A DNA stretch of 64,000 bases from Octopus sinensis (taxonomy: Eukaryota), in NCBI RefSeq assembly GCF_006345805.1, contig NC_043004.1, forward strand, positions 106,640,001 to 106,704,000, in the 5' to 3' direction. The notes under the pieces are model-generated. The model saw nothing but the letters and a program-made list of their open reading frames with translations, searched no databases and was not told the DNA's origin. Shown piece by piece: positions 51,160 to 63,679 of this stretch (position 1 is its first letter; each line of letters starts with the position of its first letter). The translations under genes were made by a program, and so were the position numbers.

Positions 51160-51650
51160 GTGACGCCATGACAATGCGGCAAGAATGATCCATTGGGATC
51201 TCTGTGGAAATCACGGCCTACAAAGAGGGAAGCTGTAGTGTGAGGAAACCCCAGAAGGAGTCACCGAGAATGAGAATTGCAAAATCTTGTGGGAAGCAAT
51301 GATTCAGTTTGATCACTTGACCAGACATCGGAAACCGGACAATGTTATGGTCAATAAAAAAACAAAGAACATGCATGATAATTGACAAAGCATGCCCCGG
51401 TGACAACAGGATCAATGTGAAAGAAGAAGAAAAAATGAGCAACTTTAGCCATTTGAAGGGGGAAATACGAAGGTTGTGGTCAATGAGGAGGGTAAACGTG
51501 ATACCAGTAGTAATTGGAGCACTTGGACCTATCAACATTCAACTACTAACATGGCTGAAAAAGATTGGTGCAAGTGTGAAGGTAGAATACCTACAAAAAT
51601 CAGCATTGCTTGGAATTGCAACAATTCTTCGCGCGGTTCTTGAAGCATGA
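51160..51650 (+). mobile_element. Second R4/Dong-like LINE 3' fragment
   Basis: RHDNAARMIHWDLC...ENENCKILW...RKPD...IIDKACPGD...VIPVVIGALG...LQKSALLG.A.ILRAVLEA*. Confidence 0.8.
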
Positions 51651-51887
51651 CCAGGGCCGGCTCAAGCTACCGGCAACCCGAGCAGTCACTCGGGGCACCA
51701 TGTGCTTTTCAGTCTACATTTTCAGTTTTTCACCTTGTGAAAGTTTGAAAAAAAATTATACCTGTAAAGGCGCCAAAGTTCTACTTGCGGGAGGCGCCAA
51801 GAACACTAGGGCCGGTAAACAAGTGTCGCCTTAGTCTGCTGACACGTTCCATCATACTCAGCAAAATAAGCTGTGAGTTTTCGTCAC

Positions 51888-51948
<61 letters not shown>

Positions 51949-53141
51949 TAATAATAATAATCGTTTTTAGCACCCTTTGTGCTTCGTGTCAATGCAGTGA
52001 CTATGCGCAGTAGTTATATCTCGCTGCTGTGATCTTGCGCAGTGATTGCAAATTACGACAGTGACAATAAATGGTGAATACATACTAGTACTGTAACAAT
52101 GACTACAGCTCGTTGTAATAATTCAGCTAAAATAATCAAACAGGACATTAGCAACCCAAAAGAAAGAAATGTTATTTATTTCTGTCATTGGATTGCAGCC
52201 ATGTAGGAGCACACCTTTAAAGATTTAGTTGAACAAATTGACCCCACGACGCACCTTTTTAAGTGCTACGTATTCTATCAATCTCTTCGGCCGAACCACT
52301 AATGTTATGGGGAAGTAGACAAACCAGCAACAGTTGTAAAGAGGCAGGAAAGGAGACACACAAACACACACACACACACACATACATACATGCATACATA
52401 CATACATACATACTTACATACATGCATACATACATGCATACATACACACACACATGCATACATACATACATACATACATGCATACATACATACATACATA
52501 CATGCATACATACATACTACATACATACATACATACATACATACATACATACATACATACATACTTACTTACATATACACACACACACAAACATACATAC
52601 GACAGATTTCCACACAGTTTCTATCTACCAAATCCACTCACAAGACACTGGTCGCCCCAGGACTGTTGTAAATGACATTTTCCCAACATGGGACTGAACC
52701 CGAAACCGCGTGATTGCAAAGCGAGCTTCTTAACAACGCAGCCATACCAGCGCCTATGAGAAAAACAAGCGGTGGATTTAATCTATCTCGACTAGCACTT
52801 ATTTTATCGATCTGAAAAGGACGAAAGGCAAAATCAGCCTCGGCGGAATTTGAACTCAGAACGTGAAGACGGGCGAAATGCCGCTAAACATTTTGCCCGG
52901 CGTCCTAACGTTTCTGCCAGTTCGCCACCTTCTCGTCCTGATGGATATTATTATCTCCTGGTCCTTACGTGTTTTCATCAGTCAGGTCTCTAGTGTGAGG
53001 ATAACCACCCCTCTTCTCCCTTCCGCCTCCATTCCCAGGAATCTTCAAAAGGATCAGATATGTTAGCTTTTCTGCTCTTACTAAACCATGTAAAACAAAA
53101 CTAAAACAAAACAAGAAAAATGAACGAAATGTTTAACTCAC

Positions 53142-55086
53142 CTGAGTAAGTCTGACATTACATCCAAAATATTGACTTTGGGAACTGCTTGCTTCTCCAC
53201 GTCAGATTGACGCCGAATTGGCCTGGTTGAATGGTAAGTGCTAGAATGACTCCAGTCATTAACGCAATAAACGACGTGATGGAATAATAAAAGAATGTAC
53301 GTAGACAAATGCGGCGTGCCAGCCCTCTGTCGAGCGATGCAAGGTTCGATATAAGGCCAGAGATAATCAACGGTATGGCTAGCATCTGTAATACATTAGT
53401 GAACAACTGGCCAGGAAGTCGTAGATAGAGAATGGTGCGGTAATCTCTCGATGAAATCACAGACCGAAGACATGTTCCTGTAACGAGTGCGAAGACACTT
53501 GCCAAGAAAGCGAGTAAGTTTAGAGAATGTGTTTTACATTTTTTACATTTTTGCCGACACTGATTATCGTCATCGGATGTAGTCGAAAGTTCTGAGTCAC
53601 TGGAAGAGCTGTCGACTGTAACAAAGAACTTTTGGACAGTAGTAACAGTATTAGAGGCACTTGAAAAACAATTAGATTTTTTTGTATTATTCATAGAATT
53701 TCGTTGATGACGAGTTGACAACGATTCGTCGGAACATTCTCTTGAGTTTTCATTCAAATGCAATCCATTTGCAATAACCGGTGAAGAATTGTCTTCTTCT
53801 ACATATATCGTCGTATCGACATCAAAAATGGGAGCATCTTTCTGGGCAATTTCCAATGTTTTCTTTTTACGTTTCTGAGAAGTTTTGGTAGGAATTCGCA
53901 ATATTTCCATTTTCCTGATTTTTTTTCGAAAATGAACCGGTGAGCTAGTAGATTCTTCAATTGTGTTCGAAGAAAATTTGTTACAGTTTGAGTTATTCTG
54001 CGTTGATGATTCATTCTGGCAAACAGGAGACGATTTAACGTTGTTTTCAGAGATAGAATCTCTTATACAGCACTTCACCGAAGGTTCATAGCCAACACTT
54101 GTAAAAGCAGTTTCTTGTTCCGTATTATTATATGTCGTCGCACCATCAAATAGACTATCGTCTTGGTTATTGAAAACAGGATTCATATCTTCAGAGATAT
54201 CCGTTAAATCAGTTTTGGAAAGATCAGTCAATGGTATATCACCGTCCTTTAAACTTGAAGATTCCCCCTCACTAGATGATGGTCTGTTTTCTTGTTCCGC
54301 CCTATTATATGTCGCCGTACATTCAGAGAGACTATCTTCTTCATTATCGGAAGCAGGATTCATATCTCCGAAGTTAACTGTTGAGTCAGTTTTGGAAAGA
54401 TCAGTCGATGGTACATCACTGTCCTTTAGACTAGAAGTCTCTTCTTCATTAAATGATGTTCTACAATCAGATACTTGTATCAAATTATCCACTTCATCCA
54501 CTGAACTAACAGAGTCGGACACGGCAAAAATGTTCGTCTCACCACAAACTGATGAACTTTCATCCATTTTCTTTCCTGTCTGGTTAAATTCAAGATTATG
54601 AATATCAGTTTGCACTTCTTGTTTGATTGTATTGTCCGATTCAAAAGATTGCATTGTCTGATTTTCTTCATCTGCCGAACAAGCAGAAAGCATTTGCAAC
54701 GTTTTCTCACCATCTAATGCTGACTCATTATTTTCTTCCTGCAGTTCGTCTCTTGGAGGTTGGATATCAATCAAAGAATTCTCCACTTTATCCATTTTTT
54801 CTTCGTGCAAGGTCTTAGAAGCTGTTTCGCTGGGTAGGTCTTTGTCGACTGTTTCAGGTGTGTTGACCCGTTCAGTGCATTCAGTTTCAACAGGGGAAAC
54901 TCTACTAGAAGGGGAACTGTCCAACTGCTTCATTTTCTCCAACTGGATGGACCTGGTATGAAGCTGGTCTCCAAAGACAGCTGTGTTTATTCCAAAACTT
55001 GCTGCTAAAGAATATCTATCTTTGCTGTTATCCTCTCTGTGTAACCTGTCCAGCGAGCTAAGGGCGACATTCGAGTTTCTGGGCGA
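53142..55086 (-). CDS. SLC1/EAAT-family transporter, large first in-window coding exon (long N-terminal extension + TM1-TM3); contains an apparent 1-nt frameshift near 53180-53220
   Basis: ORF 53158-54942 ends in [77 protein letters not shown], which parallels EAAT TM1-3 (FPGELLMRMLQMLVLPLIISSL..YYMTTT..IHPG). A shifted frame gives [13 protein letters not shown], ending at donor CTCAG|GTGAG (53142/53141). First in-frame ATG is at 54933. The frame stays open up to a polypyrimidine/TAG acceptor at 55087. Confidence 0.9.
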
Positions 55087-55359
55087 CTAAGAGAAAAAGA
55101 GGAGAAATACTGTTTGGCAACATTCTCCCTACCTCTCTCTTTTTCTTTCAGTCTCTCTCTCCCTCTCCCGTACCACTCTTATTCACACATACTCTCTTTC
55201 TCTCTTTCCTCCTCCTCTTTCTCTCGCTTACTCTCTTTCTCTCTCTCTATTAACACGCGCGCACCAGAATATGTGTGTATGTGTATATATCTTGGTGTGC
55301 ATATTTATCTACGGGCCTGTATACATGTACCTGAGTGTATGCATGTGTGTGCGGGCGTG

Positions 55360-55461
55360 TGTGTGTATGTGCGCATATATATACATACATATATATATAT
55401 ACATATATATATACATATATATATATATATCTATATACATATACATCTATACATATATACT

Positions 55462-55492
<31 letters not shown>

Positions 55493-55506
55493 TATACATA
55501 CATATG

Positions 55507-55548
<42 letters not shown>

Positions 55549-55758
55549 CATATGTATATATATATGTATATGTGTATATATATACATATATATATATATA
55601 CATATATATTGTATATATATGTATATATATATATGTATACATGTGTATATACATATATATATATATATACACACAGACACACATACTATATACACACTCA
55701 AACACGCAGACAAATACATGTACCTAGATACATACAAACACACACATACGCACACACG

Positions 55759-55810
<52 letters not shown>
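55360..55810. repeat. Compound (TA)n/(CA)n microsatellite upstream of the SLC1 exon
   Basis: Direct inspection. Confidence 0.95.
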
Positions 55811-55813
<3 letters not shown>

Positions 55814-56469
55814 CACATAAAGGCACGTTCATATAATGTTAACGGCTCCAAATGTCTTCAATAGTTTATCTAACACCATTCAAACACCTTTTCTTTACTA
55901 CAAACACACAAACACCTTCCTTCTCCGCATTACATTTAATTCTGTACTTGACGTCACCATAACCATGACCACCACCACCACCACCACCACCATGACCACC
56001 ACTACCACCACCGCTACAATCCCTATCATCAATACACCATCACCTCAGTCGTAACCATTTACATCCCTATTATAGCAGTCACTATATAAACATCACTGCT
56101 ACCGTTGTTGGGATAGTCACAGTTGGAACGCCTTTGATCACAGATCTGTTCAACCAGGGTTGATCTGCAACCAAACAACGAAGACATTACTACAACCAGC
56201 ACCACTGTCACCACCACCATTACCATCATCATCATCACCACCACCACCACCGCCGCCGCCACCAGCTACTGCTACCGCCACTACACCCACCACCACCACC
56301 ACCACCACCACCACCACCACTATCACCAACTTTATATATTATTAACATAATCGAGTCAGTGAGAGAGTCTCTACGGGGTCATTGACCCACTGCAACTAGC
56401 AGCTAAATCTCCCTTGTATCAAACCGAACGGTCTTGTAGGAGAAGGGAGACGATAGATAATTAGCTCTG

Positions 56470-56705
56470 AAGGCGGCGAGCTGGCAGAAACGTTAGCACG
56501 CCGGACGAAATGCTAAGCAGTATTTCGTCTGCCGTTACGTTCCGAGTTCAAATTCCGCTGAGGTCGACTTTGCCTTTCATCCTTTCGGGATCGATAAATT
56601 AAGTACCAGTTACGCACTGGGATCGATGTAATCGACTTAATTCATTTGTCTGTCCTTGTTTGTCCCCTCTGTGTTTAGCCCCTTGTGGGCAGTAAAGAAA
56701 CAGAT
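56470..56705 (+). mobile_element. tRNA-derived SINE family C (Meta/Sauria-like central domain, by recall)
   Basis: ggcggcgagctggcagaaacgttagc...gagttcaaattcc...gtcgactttgcctttcatcctttcggg. Other copies at about 9575-9790, 38285-38530, 41440-42210 (several) and 45600-45960 (+), and 13920-14130 and 52790-52930 (-). Confidence 0.85.
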
Positions 56706-57153
56706 AGATAATGAGCTCTTTAAAAGAAAAATTGTTGGAATGGTCATGCATGGAAGATTTCTTAGATCAGTGGTTCTCATCCAGGGTCCACATCAAGAAC
56801 TGACCTCCTCAAAACGGGGTTTGGTCTCATTATCCAAACTCCAAGAGAGCTTTCGCTAAAAAGAAAAAATAAAGGATATGATTGATCTTGATTCTTTATT
56901 CTCTCCAGCGCCACCGTGAGTGCTACATCATTTGCACAACGTGGAGAATATACCATCGGTTTTGCTCACACCACCTTAACACTGGATTCAGAATTCATCC
57001 AAGGCTGGGGCCACGTACCATATGCTCCCCACACAATTCAGGTTCACAGCATATAAAATTTACTGCAACACAATTTCATTTCCTCAACGGGCCCTGCGCT
57101 ATTTAACATTATATTCCAAAACAACTCAAAGAATAAAAAGGAAAAAGTTCTCA

Positions 57154-57570
57154 GGATCTTTTCGGTTTGAACGGCAGTTTTTTCTAGCGGTGTCATATGA
57201 AATTGTCACCCATAATTATGACCCTAGTATCGATCTATTGCATTTCAATCTGTTTTAGGGTTAGGGTTAGGGTGGGGGGAAGGGTATCTTTTTTTCTTCA
57301 GAAATGTAAATAAACCCAATCTGTTTCTTAAACGAGGGACATATTCATACGGCACAGAATGTTGTTTACCTCAACAGACGTCATTGATTGGTTGAAATTG
57401 CAGAAATTTAAGAAAAACAACAACAAATATCTTACAAACTATAGAATTTTCTCAATAAAGCCAAGAGAAAAAGATGTTTTATAAACACATTCTACCAGTA
57501 TACGAAGTTTAAAAGTGTTTAGTTACGTGGAAATTATTTCAAAAAACTGCCGGTCAAACCGAAAAGATAC
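57154..57570. mobile_element. MITE with about 30-bp TIRs and an 8-bp TSD (Merlin- or hAT-like)
   Basis: TIR ggatcttttcggtttgaacggcagtttttt versus aaaaaactgccggtcaaaccgaaaagatac. TSD AGTTCTCA at 57146-57153 and 57571-57578. Confidence 0.85.
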
Positions 57571-58218
57571 AGTTCTCATCACCTTTAAACGAAACCTGGA
57601 CAAATTTCTTCAAGGGGTACCAGGTAAGCCACCTATATCTGGATACATCTCAGTCAACAACTCTCTACTTGAATGGACCATGATACCTCAAAACTTGACA
57701 TAAAAATATGACTTATCAGATCCTGTCAGGTGATGCTGTTTAGTTGGTTAAGTTTCGGCCAATCTTTGGCCAAAAGATAACGAACTTATATCGTTTATAC
57801 ATATTATAATTACCTAAAATGAAAAACGCCCGTTAACATCTACATACGCACACACATACACGTACACAGCCTCATTAACCGTCGTAAATCACAGCTACAC
57901 ACATACATACACTGAACACGTATGCATACACGCGCGCGCGCACATGAGATGGAAGACGTAATTAAATAACACCGAACTATCTTCGATAAAAAGTAAGGAC
58001 ATCTTGAATAATATAGTCCTTGAAATGACGAGATGGTCTCTGGTGGAACGTCTTTCATCCTATGTTTGCTAGATCAGAACTAATCAGGGATTAAACAACA
58101 GCCACAACGTACATACATCCATATATACATACACAGAAATATACACACGCATCTAAGGAGAAATTGCAATAGAGTTTACACCTGTTCATAATCACACACA
58201 TTCACACACGCATACATA

Positions 58219-58249
<31 letters not shown>

Positions 58250-58409
58250 ACATACACACACTCACACACACATACACACACTAGCTCTTTATCACACACA
58301 CACACACACACACACTCATCATATACAAGCAGACACATGCACACACACACACCAAGAAGCAACCGTATTATATTTTTCACCTATTCTCAAACGCACACAT
58401 ACGCAAAGA

Positions 58410-58805
58410 GAGAGGAGAAGAAAGAAAGAAAGAAAGAAAGAAAGGAAGAAAGAAACAAACAAACAAACAAACAAAGAAACAAAGAAAGGAAGAAAGGAAG
58501 AAAGAAAGGCAGAAAGAAAGAAAGAAAGGAAGAAAGAAAGAAAGGAAGAAAGAAAGAAAGAAAGAAAGGAAGGAAGGAAGAAAGAAAGGAAGAAAGGAAG
58601 AAAGAAGAAAGAAAGACGGGACGGAAGAAAGAAAGGAAGGAAGAAAGGAAAAAGAAGAAGAAAGAAAAAAGAAAGAAAAAAGAAGAAAGAAAGGAGAAAG
58701 GAAGAAAGGAAGAAAGGAAAGAAAGAAAGAAAGGAAGAAGAAAGAAAGAAGAAAGAAAGAAAGAAGAAAGAAAGGAAGAAAAGAAGAAAGAAAGAAAGAA
58801 AGGAA

Positions 58806-58847
<42 letters not shown>

Positions 58848-58980
58848 AGGAAAGAAAGAAAGAAACAAAGAAGGGAAGAAAGGAAGAAAGAAAGGCAGAA
58901 AGAAAGAAAGAAAGGAAGAAAGAAAGAAAGGAAGAAGAAAGAAATAAAGAAAGAAAGAAAGGAAGAAAGAAAGGAAGAAA

Positions 58981-59025
<45 letters not shown>

Positions 59026-59169
59026 GAAGGAAGAAAGGAAGAAAGAAAGGAAGAAAGAAAGAAAGAAGAAAGAAAGAAGAAAGGAAGAAAGAAGAAGGAA
59101 GAAAGAAAGGAAGAAAGAAAGAAGGAAAAAGGAAGAAAGAAAGAAGAAGAAAGAAAAAAGGTAGAAAGG

Positions 59170-59200
<31 letters not shown>

Positions 59201-59688
59201 GAAAAAAGAAGAAAAAAGAAAACAAAGAAAGAAAAAGGAAGAAAGGAAAGAAAGGAAGAAAGAAAGGAAGAAAGAAAGAAAGAAAGAGGAAGAAGGAAAA
59301 GAATCAAAGAAACAAAGAAAGAAAGGAAGGAAGAAAGAAAGGAAGAAAGAAAGAAAGAAAGGAAGAAAGGAAGAAAGAAAGAAAGAAAGAAAGGAAGAAA
59401 GAAAGAGAGAAAGAAAGGAAGAAAGGAAGAAAGAAAGAAGAAGAAAGAAAGGAAGAAAAAAGAAAAAAGAAAGGAAGAAAGGAAGAAAGAAAGAAAGAAA
59501 GAAGGAAAAAAGGAAGAAAGAAAGAAAGGAAGAAAGAAAGTAAGAAAGGAAGAAAGAAAGAAAGGAAGAAAGGAAGAAAGAAGGAAAGAGAAAGAAGAAA
59601 GAAAGAAAGGAAGAAAGGAAGAAAGGAAGAAAGAAGAAAGGGAAGAAGGAAGAAAGAAAGAAAGAAAGAAGAAAGAAGAAGGAAGAAA

Positions 59689-59725
<37 letters not shown>

Positions 59726-60836
59726 GAAAAAGAAAGAAAAAAAGAAGGAAGAAAGGAAGAAAGAAAGAAAGAAAGAAAGAAGAAAGGAAGGAAGAAAGAA
59801 AGGAAGAAAGAAAGAAAGAAAGGAAGAAAGGAAGAAAGAAAGAAAGGAGAAAGGAAGAAGAAAGAAAGAAAGAAAGGAAGAAAGAAAGAAAGAAGAAGAA
59901 AGAAAGAAGGAAGAAAGAAAGAAAAAAGAAAGGAAGAAAGGAAGAAAGAAAGAAAGAAAGAAAGGAAAAGGAAGAAAGAAAGAAAGGAAGAAAGAAGAAA
60001 GAAAGGAGAAGAAAGAAAGAAAGAAAGGAAGAAAGAAAGAAAGAAAGAAGGAAGAAAGAAAGAAAGAAAGAAAGAAAGGAAGAAAGAAAGAAAGAAAGAA
60101 AGAAAGGAAGGAAGAAAGGAAGGAAGAAAGAAAGGAAAAGAAGGAAGAAAGAAAGAAGAAAGGAAGAAAGAAAGAAAGAAAGAAGAAAGAAAGAAAGGAA
60201 GAAGGAAGAAAGAAAGAAGAAAGAAAGGAAGAAGAAAGAAGAAAGAAGGAAGAAAGAAAAAAGGAAGAAAGAAAAAAGGAAGAAAGAAAGAAGAAAGAAA
60301 GAAGGAAGAAAGGAAGAAGGAGAAAGAAAGGAAGAAGAAAGAAAAGAAAAGAAAAGAAGAAAGAGAAAGGAAGAAAGAAAGAAAGAAAGAAAGGAAGAAA
60401 GGAAGAAAGAAAGGAAGAAAGAAGAAAGAAAGAAAGAAAGGAGAAGGAAGAAAGAAGAAAGGAAGAAAGAAAGGAAGAAAGAAGAAAGGAAGAAAGGCAG
60501 AAAGAAAGGAAGAAAGAAAGAAAAAGGAAGAAAGGAGAAAGAAAGAAGAAAGAGAGAAAGAAAGGAAAAAAGAAGAAAAGAAAGAAAGAAAGGAAGAAAA
60601 GGAAGAAAGGAAGAAAGAAAGGAAGAAAGAAAGAAAGAAAGGAAAGAAAGGAAGAAAGAACAAAGAAACAAAGAAAGAAAGGAAGGAGAAAGAAAGGAAG
60701 AAAGAAAGAAAGAAAGGAAGAAGAAAGAAAGAAGAAGAAAGAAAGAAAGGAAGAAGAAAGGAAGAAAGAAAGAGAAAAGGAAGAAAGAAAGAAGAAGAAG
60801 GAGAAAGAAAGAAAGAAGAAGAAGAAGAAGAAAGAA

Positions 60837-60867
<31 letters not shown>

Positions 60868-62848
60868 GAAAGAAAAAGGAAGAAAGAAGAAGAAGAAAGG
60901 AAAAGAAAAAGGAAGAAAGGAAGAAAGAAAAGAAGAAAGAAAAGAAAAAAGAAGAAGGAGAAAGAAAGAAAGAAAGAAAGAAAGAAAGGAAAAAGAAAGA
61001 AAGAAAGAAAGAACAAAGAAGAAAGAAAGGAAAAAAGGAAGAAAGAAAGGAAGAAAGAAAGAAAAAAGAAAGGAAGAAAGAAAAGAAGAAGAAAGAAAAA
61101 AAGAAAGAAAGGAAAGAAAGGAAAGGAAGAAAGAAAGGAAGAAAGAAAGAAAGAAAGAAGAAAGGAAGAAGAAAGAAAGGAAGAAAGAAAAAGAAAGAAA
61201 GAAAGAAAGGAAGAAAGGAAGAAAGAAAGAGAAGAAAGAAAGAAGAAAGAAAGAAAGAAAAGGAAAGAAAGGAAGAAAGAAAGAAAGAAGAAGAAAAAGG
61301 AAGAAAGAAAGAAAGGAAGAAAGGAAGAAAGGAAGAAAGAAAGAAAGGAAGAAAGGAAGAAAGAAAGGAAGAAAGAAAGGAAGAAAGAAAGAAAGGAAGA
61401 AAGGAAGAAAGGAGAAAGAAAGAAAGGAGAAAGGAAGAAAGAAAGAAAGATAGAAAGAAAGGAAGAAAGGAAGAAAGGAAGAGAAGAAAGAAAGAAGAAA
61501 GAAAAAAAGAAAGGAAGAAAGAAAGAGAAAGAAAGAAGGAAGAAAGAAGGAAAGAATCAAGAAAAAAGAAAGAAAGGAAGGAAGAAAAGAAAGAAAGAAA
61601 GAAGAAAGAAAGGAAGAAAGGAAGAAGAAAAAAGGAAGAAGAAGAAAGAAGAGAGAAAGAAAGAATAAGGAAGAAAGAAAGAAAGAAAGAAAGAAGAAGA
61701 AAGAAAAAAGTAAAAGGAAGAAAGGAAGAAAAAGAAAGAAGAAAGAAAGGAAAAGGAAGAAGAAAGAAAGGAAGAAAGAAAGAAAAGGAAGAAAAGAAGA
61801 AAGAAAGAAAGGAAGAAAGAAGAAAGAAAGAAAGGAAGAAAGAAAGAAAGAAAGAAAGAAGGAAGAAAGAAAGAAGAAGAAAGAAGGAAGGAAGAAAGGA
61901 AGGAAGAAAGAAAGGAAAAAGAAGGAAGAAAGAAAGGAAGAAGGAAGAAAGGAAGAAAGAAAGAAAAGAAAGAAAGAAAGGAAGAAAGAAGAAAGAAAGA
62001 AAGGAAAAAGAAAGAAAGAAAGAAGAAAGGAAGAAAAAGGAGAAAAAGAAAGGAAGAAAGGAAGAAGAAAAAGAAAGGAAGAAAAAAGAAGGAAGAAAGG
62101 AAGAAAGGAAGAAAGAAGGAAAAGAAAAGAAAGAAAAGAGAAAAAGAAGAAAGAAGGAAGAAAGAAAGAAGAAAGAAAGAAGAAGGAAGAAAGAAAGGAA
62201 GAAAGAAAGAAAGAAAGAAAGAAAGGAAGAAAGGAAGAAAGGAAGAAAGGAAGAAAGAAAGGAAGAAAGAAAGAAAGGAAGAAAGGAAGAAAGAAAGGAA
62301 GAAAGAAAGAAAAAAGGTAGAAAGGAAGAAAGAAAGAAAGAAAGAGACAAAGAAAGGAAAAAAGAAAGAAACAAACAAACAAACAAAGAAAGGAAGAAAG
62401 GAAGAAAGGAAGAAAGAAAGGAAGAAAGAAAGAAAGAAAGAAAGGAAGAAAGGAAGAAAGAATCAAAGAAACAAAGAAAGAAAGAAAGGAAGAAAGAAAG
62501 GAAGAAAGAAGAAAGAAAGGAAGAAAGGAAGAAAGAAGAAAGGAAGAAAGGAAGAAAGAAAAGAAAGAAAGAAAGGAATAAAGGAAGAAAGAAAGAAAGA
62601 AAGAAAGAAAGGAAGAAAGAAAGAAAAAAGTAAGAGAAAGAAGGAGAAAGAAAGAAGAAAGGAAAAAAAGGAAGAAAAAGAAAGGAAGAAAGAAATAAGA
62701 AAGGAAGAAAGAAAGAAAGGAAGAAAGGAAGAAAGAAGGAAAGAAAGAAAGGAAGAAAGAAAGAAAGGAAGAAAGAAGAAAGAAGAAAGAAAGAAAGGAA
62801 GAAAGGAAGAAAGAAAGAAAGATAGAAAGAAAGGAAGAAAGGAAGAAA

Positions 62849-62880
<32 letters not shown>

Positions 62881-63110
62881 AAAAGAAAGGAAGAAAGAAA
62901 GGAAGAAAGAAAGAAAGGAAGAAAGGAAGAAAGAATCAAAGAAACAAAGAAAGAAGGAGAAGAAAGAAAGGAAGAAAGAAAGAAAGAAAGGAAGAAAGAA
63001 AGAAAGAAAAAGAAAGGAAGAAAGGAAGAAAGAAAGAGAGAAAGAAAGGAATAAAGGAAGAAAGAAAGAAAGAAAGAAGAAAGAAAGGAAGAAAGAAAGA
63101 AAAAAGTAAA

Positions 63111-63143
<33 letters not shown>

Positions 63144-63641
63144 GAAAAAAAGGAAGAAAGAAAGAAAGGAATAAAGAAAGAAAGAAAGGAAGAAAGAAAG
63201 AAAGGAAGAAAGAAGAAGAAAGAAAGAAAGAAGGAAAAAGAAAGAAAGAAAGAAAGAAAGAAAGGAACAAAGAAAGGAAGAAAAGAAGGAAGAAAGAAAG
63301 GAAGAAAGGAAGAAAGGAAGAAAGAAAGAAAGAAAGAAAGAAAGGAAGAAAGGAAGAAAGAAGAAAGAAAGAAAGGAAGAAAGAAAGAAAGAAAGAAAGG
63401 AAGAAAGAAAGAAAGGAAGAAAGGAAGAAAGGAAGAAAGAAAGGAAGAAAGAAAGAAAGGAAGAAAGGAAGAAAGGAAGAAAGAAAGGAAGAAAGGAAGA
63501 AAGAAAGGAAGAAAGAAAGAAAGGAAGAAAGGAAGAAAGAAAGAAAGAAAGAAAAGAAGAAAGGAAGAAAGAAAGGAAGAAAGAAAGAAAGAAAGAAAGG
63601 AACAAAGAAAGAAAGAAAAGAAGAAAGAAAGAAAAAGAAGG

Positions 63642-63679
<38 letters not shown>

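Noticed and set aside
54170-54601. 143-aa plus-strand ORF; likewise 24840-25331 (+) and 32838-33197 (-)
   Set aside because: These are antisense shadows of the real SLC1, CR1 and Gypsy coding sequences.
54940-54942. ORF-track start of the 594-aa ORF
   Set aside because: The codon is TTG, not a normal eukaryotic start. The first ATG is at 54933, or the start lies in an upstream exon.
55114-55864. ORFs rich in [12 protein letters not shown] here and at 7763-8059, 17446-17772, 20709-21115, 27131-27378 and 52259-52697
   Set aside because: These are translations of di-, tri- and tetranucleotide microsatellites.
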